64,000 nucleotides of DNA from Hemiscyllium ocellatum. Its lineage: Eukaryota. The notes below the pieces were generated by a model. That model did no database searches and was not told where the DNA came from. It saw nothing but the letters and a program-made list of their open reading frames with translations. Each line of letters begins with the position of its first letter. Positions within the stretch are counted from its first letter, which is position 1. Made by a program: the position numbers and the translations under genes. Shown piece after piece: positions 48,081-60,679 of the stretch. The stretch spans positions 10,638,978 through 10,702,977 of the forward strand of contig NC_083409.1 of NCBI RefSeq assembly GCF_020745735.1. Direction: 5' to 3'.

Positions 48081-48954
48081 ATTCAGATGGCAGCTGAAAA
48101 AGGTGAATACTGAGAGTGTATTCTCAGTAAGGGAGGGATTTCAGAGGCAGTGGGCACTGTGCTCCCTCATGCAGAAATGTCGATTTTCCTGCTCCTCAGA
48201 TGCTGCCTGACCTGCTGTGCTTTTCCAGCACTACTCTAATCTAGACTGTGCTCCCTAATGTGATGTCCAATTACAAGGGGACTTTCTGAATCCAGGGTCA
48301 ATGGTGGCTGCCTGCCCAGCCAATGCTGGCTCCCCATAGTCATATTTCAGTGGTTAATTAACCCAAAACAAGGTGCAGCAATATTACCTTCCAGGGAGGG
48401 GAGCTGTCTGAGGGAGGGAGGTTGAATTCTTGCAGCCCCAAGAGAGGTTGCGGTGGATTAATGACAGGTATGACCACCATGAAGGTGCCACTTTCTCTCC
48501 CCCTGCTACAGCTGTAATGACCCTCAGGTTAAAAGTGTGACTGCTCTGGGATGATGACCACATTCCTGGGTGATGGAGGGAAGGCCAACCTCTCCCAAAG
48601 GCAGCACAGGCTGGATCGAAGGTGAAACAAGAGTAAGCATGGGGAGATTGAGGGTGACAGAAGGAGGGGGTTGGTTGGCAGGTTGTTATTCAGAGTCAGG
48701 TCCCAGAGTATCAGTCCTTCTGACATTCCCCTTTTTATCTGTCAGCCAGGGCTCCCTGATTGGACAAAGTTAACCGTCCCTGTCAGGGAACTCATATTTC
48801 ATCAAAAAGAATAAAACATTTATTGAACAAGGAGCTCAAGAGCTAAATGACATTCAACAAAATGAATGGTTTGAAAGATTTCATTATGGACACTGCAAAT
48901 AAGATTTGGTGAAGAACTTTTTCACTCAACAGGTGGTGGGAATCCGGAATGGAC

Positions 48955-49260
48955 TGTCATAAAATCCCTACAGTGAGGAAACAGGCCACTTGGCCCAACA
49001 TGTCAACACTGACCCTTGGAAGAGTAACCTACCCAAGACCCAATCCCCTGTCTTATTACTCTGCTTTTCCCCTGACTAATGAGCCTAACCTACACATCCC
49101 TGACCACTGTGGGCAACTTAGCATGGCCAATTCACCTAACCTGCACGTCTTTAGACTGTGGGAGGAAACCAGAGCACCCAGAAGAAACCTACGCAGGCAC
49201 TTGGAGAATGTGCAAACTCCACACAGACAGTTGCCTGAGGCTGGAATTGAACCTGGGTCA
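48955..49260 (-). mobile_element. HE1-type SINE, 5'-truncated
   Basis: rc of the V-domain (gtgcaaactccacac; ggccaattcacct). Confidence 0.8.
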
Positions 49261-49261
49261 A

Positions 49262-51820
49262 AACACCCAATCCAGCCTTGACTTCGCTCCAGCATCTGCC
49301 TCCACTTCTGGCCCCTCCCACTCTGCAACCAGGACTGAGACTACATTTCCCAGAGTCCCCCTGAGTCCAACTGCCTACCTGCAGCCAGCCAGCACACTCG
49401 CTCTCCCTCCTCACCCATCCACCCCCACAGTGCACCCTATCCCTCCACTTCTCCCTCTTCACCACATCCCCACCTTCCCACTCCTACACCTCACTCCACA
49501 ACCCACCTCCACCCCAATCTCCTTTCTCTCCCACACCCATTCTCTCCCATTCCCATTACCCTTTCCCCCTCCCCTCCTTCAGCCATCTCGGAGCCCCCTG
49601 AAAACCTCATCCCCCACCCCGAGCCTTGCCCCTTATTTACCACCCCCCCACGACCTCGAACTCTCTGAGGCCAAAAGGTCCATCCTGAGAAAAGGGCTCA
49701 CATTTGTTCCCAACTTCAAAAAACCCCGCACCCACCAGGACGTGGAGCTCTTCTTCCGCCGCCTCTACCTCCGTGTCTTCTTCTTTAACAAAAACTCCCA
49801 AACTCCCTCTGAGGACCCCTCTCCCACCTCCAACCTTCCTCCTCCACTTGGTCACCCCCCCACCCCCCCCCCCCACCAGCTGTGTACACACCCTAGAGCT
49901 CTTTATTGCTGACCACTGATGTGACATCATCTGCCTCAATTTCTCCACCACCCTCACCCTCTCCAATCACCCCTCCTCCAAACGTGCAGCACTCCACTCT
50001 CTCCGTACCAACCCCTGGTTCACCATCAAACCCACTGACAAAGGCGGTAGTCTGGGGAACGGACCTCTATGTCGCAGAGGCCGAACCCCAACTCTCTGAC
50101 ACCACGTTCTACCTCCCCCTTGCCCATGACCCCACTGTGACCCATCAGGCCAAAATCACTCACACTGTCAGTGCCCCCATTGCCTCCAGTGATCTCCCCT
50201 CCACTGTCTCCAATCTCATAGTCCCCCAGCCCTGCACTGCCCAGTTCTACCTGCTCCCCAAGATCCACAAACCCAACTACACCGGCCGACCCCTCATCTC
50301 AACATGCTCCTGCCCCACCAAACTCCTCTCATCCTCACCCTCAACAATTTTCCTTTAACTCCTCCCAGTTCCTCTAATCCAGGGGTGGCTATGAGTACCT
50401 GGATGGGCCCCAGCTCCCCCTGCCCCTTTATTGGCTATGCTGAACAGTCCCTCTTCAGTGCCTACACAGGCACTGTGCCCCAGCTCTGCTACCATTACAT
50501 CGATGACTGCATTGGTGCAGTGACCTGCACCCAGGCTGAACTGGAGCAGTTCATCGTCTTCGCCCACAACTTCCACCATACTCTCAAATTCACTTGGTCC
50601 ACCTCGGACACCTCCCTCCCCTTCATTGACCTCTCCATTCCCATCCCCAGCGACAGTGTTCAGATAGACATTTACTGCAAACTCACAGACTCCCATTATT
50701 ACCCAGACTATGCATTCTCACACCCAGTGTCCTGCAAGAACTCTATCCCATTCTTCCAATTCCTCCACCTCTGCTCTATCTGCTCGGATGAGGAAACATT
50801 CCACTCCGAAGTATTCCAGATGTCCACCTATTTCGAACAACATGCTTTTGCTCCCTCTGTCATCCATCGCACCACCTCCATTTCCCATTCCACTGCTCTA
50901 AACCCACCCCCTCCAAACAGAATAAAGACAGAGTGCCCATTGTCCTCACCTATCACCCAAACCAATCTCTGTATACAACACATCATCCTATTCCGCCAAC
51001 CCCAACAAGACCCCACCACCAAGAATCTCTTCCTCACGCTACCCCTGTCTGCCTTCCACAAGGACTGTTCTCTTTGACAATTCTTGGTTTGCACCACTCT
51101 CTCCACCATCTCTCCTGAACCCCCGGTACCTTCCCCTGCAAACGGAAATGATGCAAAGCCTGCTGGTACACCAACCCCAGCACCTCCATCCAGGGCCCCA
51201 AACAGTCCTTCCAGGTGAGACAGAGGTTCACCTGCCTCTCCTCCAACCGAGTTTACTGCATCAGGTGACGGCGATGTGGTCTTCTCTACATCTGGAAGAC
51301 CAAACATAAACTTAGGCAGCGGTTGGTCGTGCATCTCAGCTGGGCCTGTAGGGGCCGACCAGACCTCCCAGTCACCACCCATTTTAATTCCCCTTCCCAC
51401 TCCCTTTCCAACATGACCATCCTTGGCCTCCTCCATTGCCACAATGAACCAAACTGCAAATTGGAGGAACAATACCTCATCTTCTGCCTGAGCAGCCTAC
51501 AGCCCAGAGGATTCAACACTGAGTTCTCCAATTTCAAATATCTTCCCTTGTCATCCCCTGACTCCCTCCCCAGCCCCTCCCATCTCTTCCAGTCCTCTCT
51601 GCCACCAAACAGATTCATTCCTTCCATTGACGAATCAGGTCGTGTCCTCTGCCTGTCTTCATCTATCCCCGTTCTCCACTCTGCCCCTGCCACCCCCCTT
51701 TATCTGCAGCTCCGCCTACACCCACCACCATTCCTGAAGAAGAGTTACACCCAAAACATTAACTTCTTCACCGCCTGATGCTGCCTGACTTGCTGTGTTC
51801 CTCCAGCCTCCTGCCTGTCA
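49262..51820 (+). mobile_element. Decayed Penelope-like element (RT, GIY-YIG endonuclease, pLTR)
   Basis: Motifs LELSEAKRSILRKGLTFVP, FYLLPKIHKP...GRPLIS, GVAMSTWMGP...YHYIDDC, DIYCKLTDSH, FTCLSSNRVYCI...GLLYIWKT. Degenerate core CTGAAGA-A-GAGT..ACCC at 51734. Confidence 0.88.
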
Positions 51821-52146
51821 TTGAATGGAACCAGCAGGAAAGGGCTGGACAATCAAGGGTCAGGGCCATCAACAAATGGGAATGGGACACACTACAGATA
51901 GATGCATTGAGACAGTCAATTACAAAGAGAAGACCAAACTGGAAATGAAACACTCATACACAGTGGACAGAATTTAATATCAGAAAGTGAGACCATGCAC
52001 TTTGTTCAGAATAATCGAAAGGCCGACTAGTATTTAAATAGTGAGAGATTCCAACAAAGTGCAATACAGAGTGATCTGAGTAGTATTGTGCATGAAACAC
52101 AGAAAGTAAGTACAGCAAGGAATTGAGAAGGCGAATGGAATTTTAG

Positions 52147-52448
52147 ATTACTTACAGTGTGGAAACAGGCCCTTCGGCCCAACAAGTCCACACCAACCTG
52201 CCAAAGTGCAACCCATCCATACCTCTACATTTACCCCTTACCTAACACTACAGGCAATTTAACATGGCCAATTCACCTGACCCGCACATCTTTGGACTGT
52301 GGGAGGAAACCGGAGCACCCCACAGGAAACCCACGCAGACACGGGGAGAACATGCAAACTCCACACAGTCAGTCGTCTGAGTCGGGAATTGAACCGGGTC
52401 TCAGGCGCTGTGAGACAGCAGTGCTAACCACTGTCCACCGTGCCGCCC
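52147..52448 (-). mobile_element. HE1-type SINE, full length
   Basis: rc of gggcggcacggtggacagtggttagcactgc...ggttcaattcc...ctgtaagtaatc. Confidence 0.9.
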
Positions 52449-55400
52449 ACACGGCCACCCACAACCTTTGTTGTCTGGGGTTGGAATTTAAAAGTAGAGA
52501 AATCTTCTTAAATCTTTAAAGGGTATTAGTGAGCCTGCATTTGAAGTATTGTGTGCAATTTTTGTCCCTGTATTTAAGAAATGATGGACTCCTGCTTCTA
52601 TTTCTCATGTCCTTGTGTGCTTCAGTGTCCTTCCCTCACAGCACAACTGGTTTGTCCCCTGCCTGCAGTAGCAGCCTCCAGTCTCTGGGTGGTGCTGCCA
52701 TATGATCTGCCTTGCCCAGGCTGTCACAATTCCCACATCACAGCAATGCCAGGACTTCGGAAGTATTGAATTGGCTTTAAAACATTTTCCAACATCCAAG
52801 CTCAAAAACGGCAAAATACGAATATAATTCTCTCTCGTTTTATGTTTTGTCTCCAAGCCTTCCCACCTGTCATCCAACAACATCGCACACTTGTGTAAAA
52901 TCTGGAATGGATCATGAATCTCTGGGAGAACTTACTTTGTGACAACACTGGGTCTAATGACCACATCCTCAGTGTGCTTTGAGGATGAAGGTCAATAGCA
53001 GTCTCACTGGGACTTGGTCTGAATTGTCTCCAGTCAGTCAGTGCTTTTGTCTGGTCCAAACAGCATTGACTAACCTTAGACCCCTGTGATCTGATTGAGA
53101 TGAAGGGTGAGCTGTGCTGGACTTTCACTCATGGCTCACACACATGGTGAAGTAGGGGTTACCCATTTCAGAAGAGTAAATGGAACGAACGAACCGGGTG
53201 GATGTGACATCCCTACCTGTCCCCAAGAGAGTGGAGACAGGAACAGTAATATTCTCACACAGAAAGGATGGTAAAAATTTTAACCCACAGAGAGAGAGGG
53301 GACAGGAAAAGCAATGCTCCCTAAAGACATGGGACAGTATCTGTCTGTTCCCCACTTTCTTGTTGTGTTGTGACCATGGGAAATTGATTTGGTTTATATT
53401 TTCTCCATTGTATTTAGGTTTGATGAGGTGATTCATTAACAAGGATTCCAATTGCATATTTCCTGTAGCAGCAGATCCATTGAAGATCACATTTTCATTT
53501 GGAATTTGCCCAAGTTTCTGTGCAGGCTGATGCAGCATGGTCTACCAGTGCTGCTCCTATTGGGCTAAACCATCACACACGAGGGAATCTGACGGACACT
53601 TTCTCTTTGTGCTGACAAAGGGAGAGTTTGGTTTTACTGCGATGGTGGCCAGAGAAATTAGTCAGTGGATGTAGTTTCAACTGAGCAGAATGTTCTGATG
53701 TTCATGATGGGATTAACCACGACAGTTCCCACTTACCTTTACACTGACAGTGGGGCAGGAAGTCACCACACAGTGGTCTCCTGGCTCACACTGAGAAACC
53801 AAGTTGATGGTCTAACTGCAGAGAGCAAGACAATGGCTTTGACTAACCGAACAACCAGAGGCTTCAGCCAACATCTGGGTCACCGGCAAATGGCGTGTTG
53901 TATAAACTCTCAGTATCTCAGGGAACATTCATTGACAAACATAACTACAAAATGGAACAGGATATTGTTTATGAAAATTGGCATTGCAAAAATAAAATCC
54001 AAACACATTATAGATAATCTCATTTCAAAGACTACAGCATTTTCTTTGAAAACTGGACGATAGTGAGATGAGAAATCAAACACCCATCCACTCCGTCACA
54101 CAGAGTTGAAGACGCACTGTCCTCATCATAACAGGTTTGCAAGCATCTGAATAACACATAAGTGGAGAGAAACATTGCAAACTGTATTATCATGAGAGAG
54201 GATCCATTAAAACCTAGAACCATGATGTTAAATGCTCCCTGCTATAAACAACACTGATGCATTCACATCATTGGAATGTTAAATTATTTAAATCTCAAGA
54301 GGCATTGATGATTTTTTTTCCAAGTCCATAGCAAGGAAGCAGCAGCTGACATATGAACTCTAACAAAATGATAACAGGCACTGAATACAGAGCTGACTCC
54401 AGAGAGAGAAGAAAAATCAACAGCAGAAATCTGTCCAGTGCTGGGAGAATTTTAGACAAGACACCTTGTTGCCAGCAGCTTGAAAACTCCAGTACGGTCA
54501 GAAAGAGAAAAAGGACAATGTGCAGATTGTTGAACAGGCCCTACACCTGGGCCTGAGGCAGGAGCCCAAGCTCCAACACACTGGCCTCACGTCACACCAA
54601 CCTTCACACAGTGCGGGGTCATGAACTCCGGCCATCAATCCCTCTGGGACAGGGACGGAGTGAGGGAACAGGGACATTGTAGAAGAGTCAATAAGGAGTA
54701 AAGCAAGATGGAGAGGGTGTTTTGGAAAGGGGTTAGAGGAGGAAATATACTTTGTGCCACTCAGTACAGACATCATCTACGTGTATCACAGAATGAACAA
54801 AACAGCACACTGTGAAGACAAACGAAAGTCACATCAAAGTACTTTTCTTATCACATGGGACATTTTCATTGTGGTGTGATAAGTACCCTGCTTCTAAAGC
54901 TGCACTGCCTCTCTATGGGTCTCTATAGATTCAGCCTCTTTGCTCTAAGCAGAGTCCCAGTTAATTTTTTACTGATCAGGGACAATGAAGCACTACCCTC
55001 TAGTGGCGAGAGAGCGCTTGCACTGATGCTGAGGATTATGGGTAAAGTCCCCTTCCATTGGCGCCCACCCACACCAGCAGCCACTTCAGCTGCTTTATTG
55101 AAAACCACAAGCTTTCAAGGTGCTGTTCTTTCAACGGTGGAACTGGACACACGATCAAATGAGTGAGTGGCAGAGGAAGGAGATTCATCCTCTTGAGCCT
55201 GCTCCCCATGGCTGACCTGATTATTCTACATTCTTGCCTTACTCTGATAGATTCTTGAAAGCAATGGCTATCTACCTCTTCATTACAAGCATTCAGAGGT
55301 TTCATTTCTATGTTTGATGAAGAGTTCCGAAGATCCATGACCTTATGCAAGAAAAAGAACCTGCTTATCTCGTCTTCTATGAGGGAATTTGTTTTAATTT

Positions 55401-55984
55401 GATATTCTCGCTGAAAAGGAAACATGCTTTTCACATCCACGCTGTATTCTATGTTCATGTTGATATGGCATCTGCTTTAATCAGCTGCTCTCTTATGAGA
55501 ACAGCAGCCTATCCTGCCACCTTCAGTGACTGATGCACAAAAATATCCAGATCCAAGTACCCCTACACCCATCCATACTTGTACCCTTTAGTTTGTTTTG
55601 TCTCCCCTGTTTTCTTTCCAAAATGAATCAGTGACATCTCTTTCCATTAAATTGTTTCTACAGCTATCTGCTCATTCCATTAACTTATCTACATCCTTTT
55701 TGAAGTTAGAACTATCTTCTTCATCAGCTGTAATACATCCAAGTTTCATACCATCAGCAAATTTTGAAGTTATGCCTTGTGCACTCAGGTTAACATAGAT
55801 TTAAATATTTTAAATATTTTTTTAAAATGAACTATTTTATAAACTATTGTAAATTAAACCACAAATTTATTGCCCATCCCTAGTTACTCGGACTGAGTTC
55901 TGAGCCAGATTATGGGGCCATTAAGAATGAATCACGTCACTGTGGGACTGGAGTCACAGACGGGATGATGACTGGGTTCCCTTG

Positions 55985-57540
55985 TCCAAACTACATTCAT
56001 GAACACGACATTGAGTTTCATGGGTTTTATTGTTCTGATCGCAGCGCCTTCCTTCCCAGATATTATATGGCTCACCACCGCCCTCTCCAGGACAATTAGG
56101 AAAGGGCAAAAAATAGCAGCCACTTTTGTGCCCACCCATCCTCGGAGAAATCAATATAAATGAGATACTCTTCAAATGATCAAACTGGTGAAGCTTGAAT
56201 TCATCTCTTTGAAAGACTGGACCCTCGGCCAGAAACAGAGCCATGACATGGGTGACCCTGGTTTGTCCGACTGAAAGGTGGAGTGTCCTTCGGATTGACA
56301 CTGAGATCAGACACAAAATGAATTATACTGAAAGACTGAACAAACTGCTATCAAACGGGTCACCAAACTGGAAAGAGCAGCAATTTATCTGGGAGACCTC
56401 AACAGTATCAATGGGTGTAAGAGCATTCGGCAGGCAAGTGTCAGATATTGTTGAACACACCAGAAACACAGTCACACAGAAAGGGAAGCAATTGGGATAG
56501 AGCAGGGAAACGGGAATAACTGAATTTCTCCACTGAGAGCTGGAAGAGGTTTTCTTGGTTGTAACTCCTCTGAGAACAAAAAAGGTTGAAGGGTGGTCTA
56601 TATTTTAAACAATACTGCAGCACGCAAGAAAGGATTCAAGTGACAGATCTCTTTAACTTAGAAAAAATATCAGAAATAAAGGTCAATGTGATTTTGGATT
56701 GAATATTGATAGTGAGGAGATGGGGGGAGAGTGACCATGGGTTAGGTCATGGCTAGAATGGTGCACGGTTAGGGGCTGCTTTGAGGGGCAATAGATAATG
56801 GGACATGGATAGGGGATCTTGGGTCACAAGAGAAGTGCAGGTTGGCAAATGGAAAATGCCATGGAAAATGCAGGATTACAGGAATAGGGTGGGGAAGGTG
56901 TGCGTCTGGGTGTGATGGNNNNNNNNNNNNNNNNNNNNNNNNNNNNNNNNNNNNNNNNNNNNNNNNNNNNNNNNNNNNNNNNNNNNNNNNNNNNNNNNNN
57001 NNNNNNNNNNNNNNNNNNNNNNNNNNNNNNNNNNNNNNNNNNNNNNNNNNNNNNNNNNNNNNNNNNNNNNNNNNNNNNNNNNNNNNNNNNNNNNNNNNNN
57101 NNNNNNNNNNNNNNNNNNAGTCACAGACCAGGCACCCTCGCCAAAAGAACATTTGTGAACATCACATTGAATTTCATGTCTTTTTTTGTACAAATTCCAG
57201 CGCCTTCCTTTCCAGATATTACATGGCTCACCACCGCCCTCTCCAGGACAATTAGGGGAAGGCAACCAATAACCAACACGTCAACGCCCGCCCCATCCCG
57301 GGAGAAATCAGGAGAAATGATGTAAAATTAAAATGATCAAACTGGTGAGGCTTGAATTCATCTCTTTGAAAGACTGGACTCTCGGTCAGAAACAGAGCCA
57401 TGACATGGGTGAACCTGGTTTGTCAGACTGAAAGGTGGAGAGTCCTTTGGATTGACGCTGGGATCAGCAAAAAAATGAATTGCACTCAAAGATTGAACAA
57501 ACAGCTATCAAAGTGGGTCACCAAACTGCAGAGTACAGCA
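55985..57540 (+). repeat. ~400-bp direct duplication (55985-56385 and 57145-57540) flanking the gap
   Basis: Shared core aaatgatcaaactggtga.gcttgaattcatctctttgaaagactggac.ctcgg.cagaaacagagccatgacatggg. Confidence 0.9.
56919..57118. other. Assembly gap (200 N)
   Basis: Run of n. Confidence 1.
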
Positions 57541-57561
57541 CTTGCAGCGATGCGTCCCCAC

Positions 57562-57870
57562 CACGGTGGCACAGTGGTTAGCACTGCTGTCTCACAGCGC
57601 CTGAGACCCGGGTTCAATTCCCACCTCAGGCGACTGACTGTGTGGAGTTTGCACGTTCTCCCCGTGTCTGCGTGGGTTTCCTCCGGGTGCTCCGGTTTCC
57701 TCCCACAGTCCAAAGATGTGCGGGTCAGGTGAATTGGCCGTGCTAAATTGCCCGTAGTGTTAGGTAAGGGGCAAATGTAGGGGTATGGGTGGGTTGCGCT
57801 TCGGCGGGTCGGTGTGGACTTGTTGGGCCGAAGGGCCTGTTTCCACACTGTAAGTAATCTAATCTAATCT
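57562..57870 (+). mobile_element. Young full-length HE1-type SINE
   Basis: CpG-rich, with intact head, V-domain and (taatc)n tail. Confidence 0.92.
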
Positions 57871-58719
57871 CTCTCCTTGCTGTTGCCCTTCCCTAACTGT
57901 CCTGGAGAGGGCGGTGGTGAGCCATGAGTTTCTCGAAGAGAATCTGACAGAGGGACAAGGTCATGTCCTCGGCCTGAGCACAACTGCCTGACCTGCTGTG
58001 CTTTTCCAGCACCACACTTTTTGACTCTGAGTAAACTATCCTTCAGGAGAATGAGCTGTGGCACATGGGAAAACCTGGGAGTATTGGAAAGGCATCAGCA
58101 GCCTGGTCAGCCTGCAGAGGGGCAGAAACAGATTTGATGAATGAGATGATATCCTTTCAGAGCTACACAGTTTACATTGTTACTGACGGTGACTCCATGG
58201 GCAATGCTCCTGCTTCAGAGTCAAATGGTCATTGCATTGAAAGCCACCTCAGAAATGAGAACACAGAATCCAGGCTGAGACTGCAGTGAACTCTGACACA
58301 ATGTTATGTATGGGATGTTCATTTAAAGCCCCACCAGCACCATCCAGACCCCAATCCCTCCACCTCAGGGGGCTCAACAAGATCCCATTCTGAAGAGATT
58401 CCCTCAGGTATCCTGCTCAATATTCAACTAATGCCACCAAAAGGATTTGTCTCATCATTCGTTTGCTGATTTTGGGACCTCAGCATTTTGTCTTGTGAAG
58501 GTGATTGCACTGTGCAGGCAGCTTTAAATATCCTGGGATGATTAAAAATAAACACTGCACCAACAAGTGTTCTCTCTTCCTGTCACATAACAGGGGAGTA
58601 AATCAGTAACTGAAAATCCACACTGAAGGCAAACACTGAAGCTTCAGCTGAAAGGCTTTTTGCACCACGTTAACCTGCGCCCTGGGCATTTCCTTCCAGT
58701 GTCCGAGATCGTTACCAGG

Positions 58720-60230
58720 CTGGGATGGAGGCTTACAGGAGGCTGGAAGAACACAGCAAGTCAGGCAGAATCTGGAGGTGGAGCAGTCAACATTTCGGGT
58801 ATAACCCTTCTTCAGAACTGCAGGTGGGGGTAGGGGGGGCTGCAAATCAAGGTGGGATCGGTTGTTTGCGTGGGTGGAGGGGAATGGTGGAGTGGAAGGT
58901 ATTGATGGATGAACACAGGTAGAGGGTTGGAAGTGCTTAGTCGATGGGAGGAATGAATCCATATGGTGGCTGGAAGGGAGGGTCCGTAAGTGGAATAGAA
59001 TGGAGGAGGGGGACTGGAAAGGGAGTCGAAAGTTGGGAAAGGCAGGCTTTTTGAAACTGGAGAACTCAATGTTGATTCCTCTGGGTTGTAAGCAACCCCG
59101 GGCAAAAGATAATTATTTGTTCCTCCAATTTGCAGTCTGATTGCTTATGGTAATGGAGGAGGCAGAGGATAGTCATGTCAGAGAGGGAATAGGAAGGGGA
59201 ATTGAAATAGGCAGTGACTGGGAGGCCAGGTCAGCCTTTGTGAGCATGGCTGAGATGCTCATCAAAACATGTCCTTAGTTTACGTTTGGTCTCACCGATG
59301 CAGAGAAGACCACAACGGGTGCACCGGATACAATAAACTAGGTTGGAGGAGAGGCAGGTGAACCTCTGTCTGACCTGGAAGGACTGGGGCCCTGGATGGA
59401 AATGACAGGGTTTGGTGTGTGGGCAGGTTTTGCATCTTTTACAGTTGCAGGGGAAGGTACCAGGGTTTTGTTGGGGGAGGAGGGGTAGGTGTGAAGTGTG
59501 GTGAAAACCAAGGATTGGCAAAGGGAACAGTCCTTGTGGAAGGCAGAGAGGGGTGGGGAGGGGAAGATGTTCTTGATAGTGGGGTCGAGCTGGAGTTGTC
59601 AGAATTGTTTGAGGATGATACGTTGGATGCGGAGATTGATTGGACGTAAGGTGAAGACAAGGGGGACCCTGTCTCTATTGCATTTTGGAGGGGAGTGTTT
59701 AGATTTGGGGAGCAGAGAATGGAGGAGGTGCGGTGGAGGGCTTTCTGGATGGCAGAGGTGGGAAAAGTACATTGTTCAAAATAAGTGGACATCTGGGACA
59801 CTTGGGAGGGGAGCATCTCCTCGTTCGAGCAGATATTACGGAGATGGAAGAATTGGGAAAACGGGGTGGTGTTCTTGCAGGATACTGGTTGGGAGGAGGT
59901 GTTGACCAGGTAGTTGTGTGAGTCTGTGGATTTACAGTAAATGTCTGTTCCTAGACTGTCACCGGAGATGGAAATGGGGCGGTCAAGAAAGGAGAGGGAT
60001 TTGTCCAAGATAGACTACGTGAATTTAAGGGCAGGTTGGAAGTTCTTAGCAAAGTTGATGAACAGCTCCAGTTCAGCCTGAGTGCAGGATGCAGCACTGA
60101 TGCAGTCACTGATGTAATGGCGGAAGATTTGGGGAACGGTGCCTGTGCATGTACTGGTGAGGTGTTGTTTGTTGTAGCCGACAACAAGCAGACATAGCTG
60201 GGACCCATGGCCACCCACTGGATTTGGAGG
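58720..60230 (-). mobile_element. 5'-truncated Penelope-like element (RT C-terminus, GIY-YIG, pLTR)
   Basis: Motifs FRHYISDCI, TDIYCKSTDSHNYL, FTCLSSNLVYCIRCTRCGLLCIGETKRKLRTCFDEH. Core CTGAAGA-A-GGGT-TAT-ACCC-GAAA at 58793-58815 (-). Confidence 0.88.
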
Positions 60231-60679
60231 AAATGGGAAGAGTTGAAGGAAGCTGACAGATCACATGGAAATGTTTGGAAAAGGTTCACAAGGACACAGT
60301 CCAGGCTTCCTGCAAATATCAGCCTTCCTTCTATTGTAGTGCTTCTTCACAGGAGCTTCTCTATGGCGGTTTCAAGTACACATCATCCGTGGAAATATCA
60401 CAGACTTTCTGAAATGGAATGAACTGAAAGAAGAGAAGGAAATGGGAAGAATTAACCAGACAAGGGTGAGCATCAAGAGAGATGGGAGTGTGTGGAAGAC
60501 TCTGTGCCATTAAAAAATCCCAAAGGAGTTTCACAAGAAAAGCTCAAATCTTTACAAGGATATAACAGGGAGATGACTTACTGACATCAAACAGGTTGGG
60601 TGTTAGGGACCCTGTGCCTCTGGTGCCTAACTCTATATGAGACATTACAGTCAAGGATGGTTGATGTGTAAATAAAGGG

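Noticed and set aside
53125-54063. Longer unassigned ORFs (137 aa -, 132 aa +)
   Set aside because: No recognisable domain, weak splice signals and no supporting neighbouring exons. A BLASTX search would be needed to revive them.
57562-57640. tRNA-like sequences (also 24470, 44755, 52380)
   Set aside because: These are SINE heads that continue into SINE bodies, not tRNA genes.
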